Below, piece after piece: positions 36,001 through 47,646 of a stretch of DNA of 64,000 nucleotides. This DNA is from Yuukianura sp. NJ FZ-2021. Its lineage: Eukaryota. Within the stretch, counting starts at the first letter, position 1; each line of letters begins with the position of its first letter. The DNA lies in assembly GCA_046563655.1 (NCBI GenBank), contig CM102284.1, positions 8,680,001-8,744,000 of the forward strand. Reading direction: 5' to 3'. A model generated the notes under the pieces. It worked only from the letters and a program-made list of their open reading frames with translations, had not been told where the DNA came from and did no database searches. The position numbers and the translations under genes are program-made.

Positions 36001-37075
36001 TCCTGTCGGCCTGTGTAGCATATGGATTCATCACCATTCCTTCACTGGAGAACGTCCACACTCAGCTCCAGTTGTACTTGGTCGTAGGGCAAGTGGCTTA
36101 TGCTAACCAATGTCTGAGTCAAGGTCAGTTAACTACAAACTGCTAAGTTAATTAACTTTGATAAAGTTTAATTTTGTAAGGTCAAAGTTCAAATGCTTAA
36201 CTTGGCTGTTTTAGGAGATGCTTGTTTGAAAGCAGCCATTTCGCTGCTGAATGAAAACATGACTGAGCTCAGTGACGCGGAGAAACTGGACTTTGTCTCC
36301 AACCTGGTAATTGACTTGTTATAATTTATATTATATTAATTATAATTAATTAATAATGTAAATATTAAGCTAAGGTGTTAATTTTCTGTGTTTGTAGCTG
36401 AGTACTCTGCTAGTAGTTCCGGATCACCCGAAAGAGCCAGTTCTGTACCTCCTTCGTGGTCTCATGTCACTTGACCTCAACTCTACGCCCATCAAACTCA
36501 GGATTTTGTCACTCCTTGGAGCATATGCTCAAGAGTACTATCCATACAGATTCGATGGAGGTAAGCGTAGGTCACCATTTCCTAGGCATTGGTTAATTGC
36601 TATGATTAATTGAGTAATTAGTTTCTATGATTAATTGATTTTCTAATTCGTCTTTTGTAGTGGATTCAAACGATACGCTTTACGGTGGAAACGAAGTTTT
36701 TCTAACCGATGTCAACTCTATTGCCTCTGCAACACTCAACGACTTGCTCTCCACTATTAAAAGTTTAGGTGACGAAATGCAAATTAAGAAACAAGTGAGA
36801 TGCTTAAAAAAAATTTTTTTTTCAAAAAAAATTTTGAAAAAGGTGACGTATAACTGATTTTTTTTTAGAGTAAACTGTGCCTTGACCTCTTCACTGAAAT
36901 AATTCACTGGGGCAACTTGAACTCCATGGGCAACCTGGCTCTCAATCTGTGGAACTTGTCCAAGAAGGGCGTTGACCCACGAATGTCAGCCAAAGTGCTG
37001 GATTCTGTACGCCAAAGGTCAAGGTCAAATTCTGTCGACATCCAAAACCTAGTGACTAAAATTTCTGTGGAGTGA
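33063..37075 (+). CDS. VPS35L: VPS35 endosomal protein-sorting factor-like (C16orf62; Retriever subunit)
   Basis: [98 protein letters not shown]. Confidence 0.92.
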
Positions 37076-37436
37076 AAACTGACACATCTCAGGAGTTTAA
37101 CTCAAACAACCTTGGAATAACTGATGAAAATTAAAGCACTGACAGCGGAAGTCGTAACCAGTGACAGTAACACGCGATAACACTTTTATCTCAATCCGAT
37201 AAGCGCATTTTGTTCTGGGATAGATCGCTTCTTTCTAGTTGGCTGACTGCTGGAAGGTTATCATTTAAAAAACTGAATTGGAGTCATCCATTGTTCTTCT
37301 ACAGTTCTACAGACGCTTCGTTTCTGTCCAACTTTTTTTTGAACTTTGTTTAGAGTATATTGTTCCGGAAACTGTAAGGTTTTCCTGTAAATACAGTAGG
37401 TTTGAAAGGCTGCTCCAGTTTTCAGAAGCTGTGCGA

Positions 37437-40400
37437 ATGTCAAGTTTTGTTAAGAAGGAGGACTGCCCACCCGTAACATGGGTAATTACGACAAATATTG
37501 ACTGCTATCCCATTGCTTTCTGTTTTATAACGTGTGCAGTAGATTGTTTGGCCTGCACTGCGCTTACGCTAGTTTTTTAACACAGGACTTTGAAAATGAA
37601 TTTACTAATGAACCTTGAGTAGTGACATGAAATTTGCGGATTCAATTATGAAATACCGTATTTCCTCGCCTACAAGCCGCGACTTATCTACGCAAACTTT
37701 TGAAAACGAAATAATTTTTTTTAGCTGAAAACTGAAGTTTTAGTTTTTTTTTACTTAAAAAAAATTAAACTGAAGTTTCCGAAATAACTGTCAAAAATCT
37801 CAGAGCTTTTGTAAAACAGAAACTGTAAAATGTTTATTTTTTTTTATTCCAGGCTACCACATTGTCGAAAGCTATCAATTTACAGGAGAACGCTGTGCAG
37901 GAGAACCATATCCGGAGTAATATAAAAGTGTCACCTGACACCAAAGACCTTAATTACAATTTGAAAGTGTGCCAAAATGATCTTGCCAACTTTTTAACAA
38001 TGTGATCTTAGGTGCAATTATTGGAACATATCAAGAGAGAGGTGCTCAAACGTTTTGGGCATGCGTTCAGCGAATTCCATTAAAAGACAGCCCAATTATC
38101 TGTTGGAAGTTTTGTCATGTACTGCACAAGGTGAATAATCTTATTTTTATATTTTTTTTTGTTTAAAAATGGTCTGACGTATTAATTATTATTACTCTTT
38201 CGATTTGATTATTGTTTTCTTTGCCAAAATACAGACTAAATTGGAAAAGCGAGAAGCGTCATACATATGTAGTTACTAGGATTTTCTCGCCTATAACACG
38301 CTCTCGCGTATAAGACGCACCCCGAAATTCTGGAAAATACATGCACGAAGAACCATGTTAATTTCCGTTGCCAGGAACCAGAACCATGTCAAAAATGCTG
38401 GATTTGATTAATTAACATTAGATTAAAACCATTTCAAGTAGAGTTTAGCACATTTGCCCACAATTCCTACTTTTTGACAAAATTCGTCAGTATTCAGCAA
38501 AAAGGTTTTCCTTCCAAAACTTTTCGAAATTTCTCAGATGAGATGAGTCGCGTCTTATACGCGAGAAAATACATCCTCAGATCTGTAATCCCTGATATTC
38601 CATGTCATATTTTTCGGTAATTTTTGCAGGTATTACGGGAAGGGCATGAGCGGGTGTTAAGCGATTCTCAAAGATATATGCCTTTGCTTACTCAGTACGG
38701 ACGATTCTGGGTGAGCAATTTTTCAAAAAATTGTTCCTACAGCCACGGCGTTTGCTTTAAAATGTCAGTTTAAATGCCAATGACACCTTGGAGTGAATCT
38801 TAGTTAGTGCCATTATCACTACATTGTGCAATTAATTTTGACTAATTTGCAGAGTCACCTAAAGACGGGCGGTTATGGGGAATTGGTTTCCCTGTACTGC
38901 ACTCTCCTTTCCACCAAGCTCAATTTCCATATGAAGAATTCACAAATTCCTGGAGATTTAAATGTGGATTATGATATCCTAATAGCATGTGCTGGAGGAA
39001 GGGAAGATGCACTGTGAGAATGATAGTATTTTTAAGTTGAAAATTTTAGGACAAACATTTTATTGCGGGTTTTCCTACAATTTCAGATTTTCACTTGCAA
39101 TTGAAATGTTTGATTACTTGGACTGTATCGAGGACCTGCAGAGTCGCAGTAAGTGACTGCGTGATGCTTATTTTGTAAGGAAATTCTGTGTTCTAATGCG
39201 ATTTATTTGTAAATGTTCAGTTTTTAAAACGATCGAGTCCTCCAGGCAATCTTCAATGACGGATGCAGGACAGTGTAGACTGCAGCCGTTAATTCCTTGT
39301 ATCCAAGACTCCGTGCTTCTTTACGACTATGTCACACGAATTATGTACCGCCTGCACGCAAGTAATGTCCAGCGTTAACATTTGAGTCTTGAGATGCTCT
39401 GTCTTATTGACGAAATGCTCATTTTACTCAGAATTGTCTCCCTTTATGCTAAATGGGCACAGGGACCGGTTCCTAAAAATTTTCAAAGGCCTCCAAAAAT
39501 TCTACGAAAAAACGATGAGCCTTCAGTATTTTAAAAATTTGATAGTAATTCACCACCTACCGATGGTAACGCAACTCGTGATTGTTTCGATTCTTAAAGA
39601 GTAATTTTTAAGTCTTTTTTTTTTTTGAAAATCTCTTTGTCAGAATCATCCAAAATTTATGGTCCAGTCCGAGCTCCAAACTTACCAGCCCACCAGAGTT
39701 ACAGTTCTAAATGACACAGCAGGTCAACTGGGTTCAACTTCTAAACACTTAGTGTCCATAAATGACACAAGCAGTAGAAATGGCTCCAGTCCGGGCCTCA
39801 ATGCTGATGTCACGGCAGTCTGTATGCAGAAATCGGTTCAGCAGAGGTTAAATTTTTACTCAAGGGAATCATATTTTACATTAGGGAGGTTGCGTCTCAA
39901 ATCATTTATAATTTATAGAAAGTATAGAATCTAGCCCGACCTTTCTATCCCCTGCAACCCGCTTTGTTACGGCTCTTATGATTGGCTCATTTCAAATCTG
40001 TGACGTCACTCCAAACTTTTCTCATTTACTTTTCTCAGTTTGCTTTCTAAATTTTTTTCGAAATTTCTCAGATAAGCCGCGGCTTGTAGGCGAGGAATTA
40101 GGGTAATTTATATTCCGTGTTTATAAATTTGGAAATCCGAAAAGTTGGAAAAGAGACGTCACTCCTCACCATAAATATACTTTCTATAAATTCTATAACT
40201 GATTTATAATGCTATAAATTCTATAAATCATTTATAACGCAAACTCCCTATTGACTAAAATTTTAATCCCAAGGGATCGGCAAATGGAGGCCCTGGAGTA
40301 CCAGGCAGAGGGCTGGAAACTGGAGTGGGAACGACTCAAAATGCAAACAACGACTCACCTTCAGCGAATTCAGGTTGAAATTGCTGGGTTGAAACAAGAG

Positions 40401-40845
40401 TTACGCCTCAAGGTAAGTATTTTGCAGTGTTTGAGTCCTTATTTTTTTCATTTTCATTTTTAACTTATTTGGTGTTAAATTTTTTAGACACAACTATTGG
40501 CTGAGAAGGAGGATCGAATAAGGAAGTTGGAACAGCACGAGTGTAGAATCCCTCCAGAATTGGTAGATCGATTAGAAAAAAGTGAAGGTACGCTGCGCTC
40601 GTTTGCTTAATTTGCCCGATTTAGTTTTAATTGGAAGATAACTTAATCATAAATTGACCTGTTACTTAGCCCTAGTGAAGGCCACGGAGGACAAGTTTTT
40701 AAAAATGAAGCATTTGTACTCAAAACTTAACGCTGAACATGTAGTCCTGTTGAGGAAGGTAAACATTTTCTAATTTATTTAACTCCTATTTTTTTTGGAA
40801 ACATTATATTTGTGTTTAATTTTATAGATTGCAGGTAGTAAATAA
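37437..40845 (+). CDS. Huntingtin-interacting protein 1 (Hip1/Sla2)-like: ANTH domain plus short coiled coil, no talin-like domain
   Basis: SKAINLQENAVQENHIRSAIIGTYQERGAQTFW..CWKFCHVLHKVLREGH..GYGELVSLYCTLLSTKLNFH..SMTDAGQCRLQPLIPCIQDS..GHRDRF. Last exons ..LYSKLNAEHVVLLRK|IAGSK* (stop 40843-40845). First exon inferred. Confidence 0.8.
37656..37689 (+). mobile_element. Left TIR of a Tc2/pogo-type element (TA|CCGTATTT)
   Basis: TA|CCGTATTTCCTCGCCTACAAGCCGCGACTTATCT; inverted partner at 40070-40103. Confidence 0.7.
38279..38571. mobile_element. Tc2/pogo-like MITE in a Hip1-like intron
   Basis: ATTTTCTCGCCTATAACACGC..CTCGCGTATAAGACGC at the left end and GCGTCTTATACGCGAGAAAATAC at the right end. 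Confidence 0.65.
39883..40249. mobile_element. PIF/Harbinger-like MITE with ATT TSD (copy 1)
   Basis: ATT|AGGGAGGTTGCG...CGCAAACTCCCT|ATT. Homologous, in opposite orientation, to 56928-57334. Confidence 0.8.
40070..40103 (-). mobile_element. Right TIR of a Tc2/pogo-type element, nested in the Harbinger-like MITE
   Basis: AGATAAGCCGCGGCTTGTAGGCGAGGAATTAGGG|TA, a 31/34 inverted match to 37656-37689. Confidence 0.7.
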
Positions 40846-40977
40846 CGACCACTTTCTATTCGGTGAACATTTTAGTTCTATTCGATGTATTTAATTGAAT
40901 TCAGGTTTTCACATTTGTGGTTCACATTTTTTGTATTTGAATTGCTTAATTGTTGTCACTGCTTTGAATTAATCAGA

Positions 40978-43900
40978 TTAATGAGACTCTCGCCTGACAA
41001 TACTTCTCGGACTGCGTGTCCATCGTAGATTGCTGTGAGTCACGGGCGTTGACACTTCGGATGCAGAAGGTTTTCCGGATTTTAGTATAGATTGTTTGGC
41101 TAAGGAAGCAAATGGATGTTGTGTATGATGTTTCAGTGGTGGGGCCGTCGTGGATCGAATGCGCTGAAATCCACTTTTTCGTGCTTCACTTGTTTGGCTC
41201 ATTGGACGAGAAATTGCTCCAGAAATTTTTTGTGACGACGGACGTACAACTACAACGTGTTTTTCTAATTTTTCTGCTAGTTTTGTTAGGAGTTTGTTCG
41301 ATTTGAGGTGGTTGATGATCCATGGTTTAAGTTTCGGAAATGTTTCGATCGTTTTTGTTAGTGTCTTGATTGAAAACTGAAAAAAAAAGGATTTTTCAAA
41401 GATTTCCAAAATCAGGATTTTTGAAGCTCACCTCATATTTTTCCCGGAGACATCGCAGTTTTATTTCGGTTTCAATGAAATCCAGCTCTTCCGGTCCGAT
41501 TTCTTCCATTTGGCGCATGAGTCGTCGTGTGAGGAGTGATGCTCGGTCGATCTTGATTTTCTGATTGGTTATTTCTTGATAAGCAGCATTCAGTTCTTCT
41601 CGACGATCCAAAAGTGTTTGACGCATTGAACTGATTTGGGCTTCCAGGTAATGCAACTCAGTCTTCTTGTCGCCAGCATCTTTCAGAAGCATTTCGAGAC
41701 GACGGTGACTTCTCATCTTCAGAATTTGAAAATCTTTGTACATTTTCTCAATCATGGAAGCCTTGGTGGCGTTGGTGGCTAAAAATCAAGAAATGCTTCA
41801 AAAGTTTCTCATAAAATCACAAAATTAATAGTTGGAAAATTGAGTTTTACATTTCGCCCAGGGTGGTGCCAAGCTTTTCTTGAAATTTTGATTCGAGTTG
41901 CTAAGCAACGCCAGCGTGTTCTGAAGTCCCTCGATTTCTTTTTCGGCTTCTTTCACTCGGCGATCCCAAAGTTCTCCTTCCCTGTTTTAAAAAAAGAAAA
42001 GTTCAAACAAAACCAAATGCTTTACACTTTTTTTCTCAAATGGAAAATTTTGAGAATTTTTTTTTGAAATTTTTGGTTTTGGTTTACCGTTTGATGTATT
42101 CGCGTTCCTGTGCAAATTTTATGATCAAAAAAGCTTCTGACGGACCATCACTGTCTGCTTCGTTGGACATCGAAGTCATTATGAACTCGTATCTAAAAAG
42201 ACGGAACAGAAATACCATAAAATTTTCAAAATTTTGAAACAAAAGTGAAAATTGGATTCTAAAATTTCAAGTTACTTGATTTTCCAATGACGAAGGTAAG
42301 CTTGAATATCCTTCATGTGCATCATGAGTCGACCTTTATCGTCTACTAACGTTTTTTTGCGTTGGTCCAGCAATCTCAAATGGATTTCAATTTCACTCCG
42401 TCTTTCTCCAACTCCCTACAAAATTCAAAAAACAAAATTCAGCATTCTACTTTTAAAAAATTTTCAAAAAACGAAAAACTTACGGCTTTCAATTCCAGAA
42501 AGTTTTTGCTAGCGGAATAGCATCTTTGTTTCCGTTTGTTCACTGCGTCCATCAACCGATTTCTCGTAAGCAGAATCATCTGAAAGCTAAACTTCGTTTC
42601 TTGCAAAGTTTTCATTCCACCAAATCCGTCTTTTTTGTATCTAAAAACAAATTTTGAAATTCAATTGACTAAAATTCCAAAAGCCATGATTTTTTTTTCA
42701 AAATTTTCCACTTACGTTGCAACTAAAATTCTGAGATTTTCGTTGTCGATGTCCAGCGATTGACCTTCTTCTATAAATTGTACAATTTCTTTCTTGGTCC
42801 GCTGAACAATCGATTCCGTGAATCCATTTAAATTTTCTTGTTTTGCTTTATCGCGTGAACTCGTTTTGAAATCGGCTCTGAGTTTGCGCAATTTGCTCAT
42901 CATTGCAGTTGGATTTCCATCAATTTGCTCAAGTTCGTTGGAATTTTTCCGAACTTTTTCACGAAGCGTGACGAGTCGAATTTCCAAGTGGAGAATACTT
43001 CGCTTATTTTGTTGAATCTGAAAAATTTTGAAGAAAAAAGTCAATTTTTTGGTGAATTTGAAACTTAAATTTTCAGTTTCAAAATTTTGGGCTTCTTGCC
43101 TGAAAGTTTTGTGAATCCGCCAAGCGTTTGGTGCTTCTGAGTTGGTTCACTTTTGCTTTGGTTTCTAATCCAAGTGACTCAAAAAGTTTTTTGAGTTGTG
43201 CAATTTCGTTATTGGATTGGACCAAAACCAATCGTCGTTTTTCAGTTTCTGTTTCTTGATTGGCCAGTTTTTGTTCTTCCTCGTCCAAAAGAGATCCAAG
43301 TTGACGAAACTTTTCGTCAGTCGAAGATGAACCGAACTTGAACGTTTTGTGATGAAATCGGATCGATTCTACTTCCATTTTCAATTGATATTCTGAATTG
43401 GCAATATTTTGAGCTTCCTCGTGACAACTTGACTTCCTCTTTTCCATTTTCCGTAGTTCTGAGCTAGTAGAGTTGAGTTCAGAGCGTAGCAAAGTACTCT
43501 GGGCAGTATAAAGCTTAATCGTCGCCTGGCTGCTGGAAATGTGCTGCCGGAGAGAGATGCTTGATTTTTCAAATGCTTGCAACTGGTACTTCAATTCGGC
43601 AGTATTTCTCTCCGCAGTTTTGAGTAACGACTCTTCCTCGGCAACAACTTCGCTCAACCTTCCAACTTCGTGTTTCAGTTTTACATAATCCTGAAACATC
43701 AAATGAGAATGAAATTTTCAAAATTCAAACAAGTATTTTGAAATGCTTGCCAAAAAGTTGACACTTACGTGTCCAAGTAGTTGCAAATCTTCGTCCCGGC
43801 ATTTGAGTGAGTCTATGACTCCTTTCCAAAGGTCAACAGCGCTGTTGCGAGCTTCATGAACTTCGCGAAATTGGCTGCAAATGCGATGCAGCATCATTTC

Positions 43901-44815
43901 AGCACTCTTCGTCTGCAACAACTGCGATTCCAGCTCCTGTCGAAGTGTTTCTCCAGTGGACCTCATCTTGGCATAAGCACGTTCACTTTCCTGGAATTTA
44001 CATTTACAATTTACGATCTACGAATTTACAATTTAAGAATTTACAATTTAAGAATCTTACCTTGATTGTATTTTCATCCAAACTGAAGTATTTTGTCATC
44101 AGCTCAACATCGGTTTCTTCATCTTTTGATGAATTCCTCAGAGTTGTGATGGCCGTTTGATCCCAGTGAATCTCCGTCGAAAGATGGTCAACCGTCTTCT
44201 GTCTCTTTTCCAGGTCAGACTAGAAGAGAAAGGTCAAAGGTCAACTATTAACCCACAGAAAGCTCAAAGGTCAACCTAAAAACTGTTTGAAAAAAGTATG
44301 TTACCCGGATTTTTAGGTGACGACGTTTCTTGTTCTCCAACTCAGCTCTTTGTTGCTTCACATCCCGCTTGAGATTCTTCAAACCACTTTCGCCCGTAGC
44401 GTTGAAACTCCTCGCATGTTCAACTGATCCGCGTTGCGTTTGGGCCATTTTCTAGAACAGAAACAAGTTTTTTAAAAAAAACTCAAAAAAGTATAGCAAC
44501 TATTAAAAAAAAACTTTTGAATACTTACTCCGAGATTTGAGATGAAAACTGTGGACCGATTGACATGCTTCTTGAGGTCTTCCACCCTCCTATCTTCATC
44601 GTCAAGCGCTGAACGACACTCCACTACTCTTCGCTGCAGCGATTCCAACTGAAATGCAGAAATTAAGAAAATGATGTAAAAAGTTATCGAAATTCTTTTT
44701 TTTTGTGTCTTACCCGTTTTTCATATTCGCGATTTTCGTCATTGGCCACTGGCAAATTAAACCCACTTCCCCAACCCATACTCCGCAAGTACTCTTCCAA
44801 GTAGCGCTGCGCCAT
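40978..44815 (-). CDS. CCDC39: Coiled-coil domain-containing protein 39 (axonemal ruler)
   Basis: N-terminus MAQRYLEEYLRSMGWGSGFNLPVANDENREYEK resembles CCDC39 LHWEDGFAIPVANEENK. Also EIHWDQ, KYFSLDENTIK, QFREVHEARNSAVDLW, YEFIMTSM..KFAQEREY, EELDFIETEIKLR. Confidence 0.85.
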
Positions 44816-45203
44816 CGCTTGATCGCTGATTTCTTCAGCGTTAGTCACTGCAGTTGTTCAAGTTTTCTAAATTCAGCCTTTTCGAGTTCACTGACTACTT
44901 ACTTGTTGTGTAAAGTTTTAAGGAACGTTTTAAAAATCAGCGTTATCACTGATTTTTTTCATTTATTTGCTTTTTTGTTTTTTGGACGAGACAGTTTGAT
45001 TGATAAAACAAACAATTACGACTTAAAGCACAAAATATACCAAACACTCTCGTTTCTATGGAAACGAGCCTTCGATTAAACAAATAAATGAACAAAATTA
45101 GTGAATGAAAGTATCTATTTTGAATAATAGTTGAGATCATTGTTGTTTGGAATGATGATTATTGATTTTACGAGAGATGAGAGGCGGTTTAACTTTTTGT
45201 CCT

Positions 45204-47062
45204 TCATGATTTCATGTTGAGAATACGAAACAAGTACTCCAGTTCCATGTGAGCATCTTCTGGTAAATCCGTACAATGTACAGCCTATAATATAATTAAA
45301 TATTATAATCCATATATTTATAATACCTTTAGTAATTTAGAATATATGCTTACGTTGTAAATTGTGTTGAGTCCGTAACGGGCACGGAGCGACAGAGGTC
45401 GAAGTTTACGACCAAGTTCCTGCACATATTGATTTGTAAGAATCTTTTCAATGGAATTCTTAGAATTAAAAATCTTACTGGATCGTATGGTCCGCAAGCA
45501 GATCGAAATGACTGCGGCGTTTCTTCTCCACATCCACCAATTTCCAGAGCAAGGCAAGGACCCATGCTGAGTTCGTCCGTCATTCGCTAAAAACATACAC
45601 CCAAATTGATCAAATCATAACAAAAGTTAAAAGTTACATTTTTGGTCCAAAAAGTTTGAATGAACTTACCGAGTATTCTCCAAGGACTCCTTTGTAAATT
45701 TCATAAAATTCTTCAGCATGAGTTCGATCCAGATAAAACATTTCCATTGCACTGACAGTGAAATTGGCGGCAGTGATGTCTGAAATGATGAGACCAGCCT
45801 TCCCTTCCTTGATGATGTGTGGCTTAATAATGCAGCAAGTTGTGCAGTTGAGAATGGCCGTGTTTGGAGCAACGCAAGGCAAGTCTTGACGAGTAACAGG
45901 GAAGAAGAACGCAGCATCCTAAATCAAAAATCAAATCAAAATTCGTTATAATTTCCGAAGTTTTGGCCAATTGCTGAATTGAATGTGATAGAACTTACTC
46001 TGATGACGCAGCCTAAGCTCTCGGACACATGAAATCCATTCCTGATTTTGTCCAGTCCGTACAAGGCTCTAAGGCAAGTAGGATGCTTGAGTTTTGCTTC
46101 TGCCGGGTCCTCATCTCCTAGTAAGTTCTTGGCTTTCTCGATTGCTTGTTCCCCCACAAGGAGAAAGGCAACGAGTGGTCCAGATGTGATATGGTCAATC
46201 ATTGAACTGCAATACAAAACAAATAAATTTCATTAATTAAAATAACAAGAATTTTTAGAATTAGAACTGCTAAGATGCTTACGCAAAGTACTCTTGCCCT
46301 TCATGCTCATCGTAAAATCGTGAGGCCATTGCTGTGTCCATCTTCGCCATTTTGACACGCATCACCCGAAAGCACTTTTCAATTCTCTGCATGATAAATC
46401 CAATATTTGGTACAGCTTCCGGTTTCACCATGATGAATGCCCTAAAGTTGTGTACAGTCATGTCAAAAACTTCTAAACAACAATGTATCTGGAATTGAAT
46501 CAAGAGTTTACCTTTCAGTTTTCGGTTCGAGGTACTGGCGAGTGCAACTGTCGGCGTATTCGACGAGTGTCATTGGGCGAGAAAAGATGTTCACAACGTT
46601 CCCAATGTACAATGCAGGCATAGTCACCGTGTCCACCTTCATGCGTTTCAGGAATCTTCGATGGTTAATCAAGTCCGCCTAAATTACAATTACGTCAATT
46701 AAAACCCGAAATGCAACAAAGCTGGAACCAATTTCCCCTGACTTACAATATCAACAGTTTCGTCTATTGTATGGAATGTAAAGAGGAACTTTTTGAGCAA
46801 TTCAGCCTCCCGATCATACCACTCTGCGATGAAAATCAACTTGTCTGGCTCAACCTGTAACAGATATCGGTAAAGGTGAAAGTAAACTACCCGCTCGCTA
46901 CCTTCTATAATTTATTAAACGTTAACCATTTCTGTGACTTACCAATTTGCCGGTCGGTTTTGAGCCGGCACAATACCCTCCACAGCAATCCGGTTTAGTT
47001 GTGCAGAAAGTTGGAATTGGCCCAGTCTTATTTTCACAATTATAATTCCCGTTCTTGTCCAT
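45204..47062 (-). CDS. NME7: Nucleoside diphosphate kinase 7 (DM10 plus two NDK domains)
   Basis: FIAEWYD..RRFLKR..LYIGNVVNIFSR (DM10), AFIMVKPEA..CLRALYGLDKIRNGFHVS, TTCCIIKPH..AEEFYEIYKGVL..CGPYDP..LRARYGLNTIYNAVHCTDLPED..EYLF. Confidence 0.93.
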
Positions 47063-47646
47063 GTCGCTCAGCTGCTGTCCAGAATAGAAGTTAAGCAAAA
47101 GTAGGGTTCGTTTGACGAACGATTCACGATTCAGTGCTCTCGTTGTTCTGTAAGTTGTCACACAAAGTAAAGTGTCGGCTACTACAAAACGATGATTTGA
47201 TGATTATAAATCCAACTTGCGACTTACCATTAAACACTGCTGTAAATAAATTGCAATCCAATGAACATATTAGGTTTCCTTGGCAACAAACTAATCACCA
47301 CAACGAATAGGAAAAAAATTTTTTTTTCAAAACTTTCGTCTTTGTTTATGTTTTGAATCTGTTTAGGTTTTGAATTTGAAAATTTAAAGACCTTCCCGCC
47401 GTTTTCTTGAAGTACTCGTTTCGGGGCAAGGTGAAACACACAAATAATTTATAAAAATTATGAAAAAATAGTGAAAGTGAAAAATCAGTAAAAACAAAAT
47501 TAAGTTTTAGACTGTGATAAGTTTATCCTGTAATAATTGACAAAGGTGGATTGGATTTTATCGTATCCATTGAACAATTGAATAAATATTAGTATCAGCA
47601 TGAACCAATTAATTAATATGATCCTAAACTAATCCTTTCAAAATCA

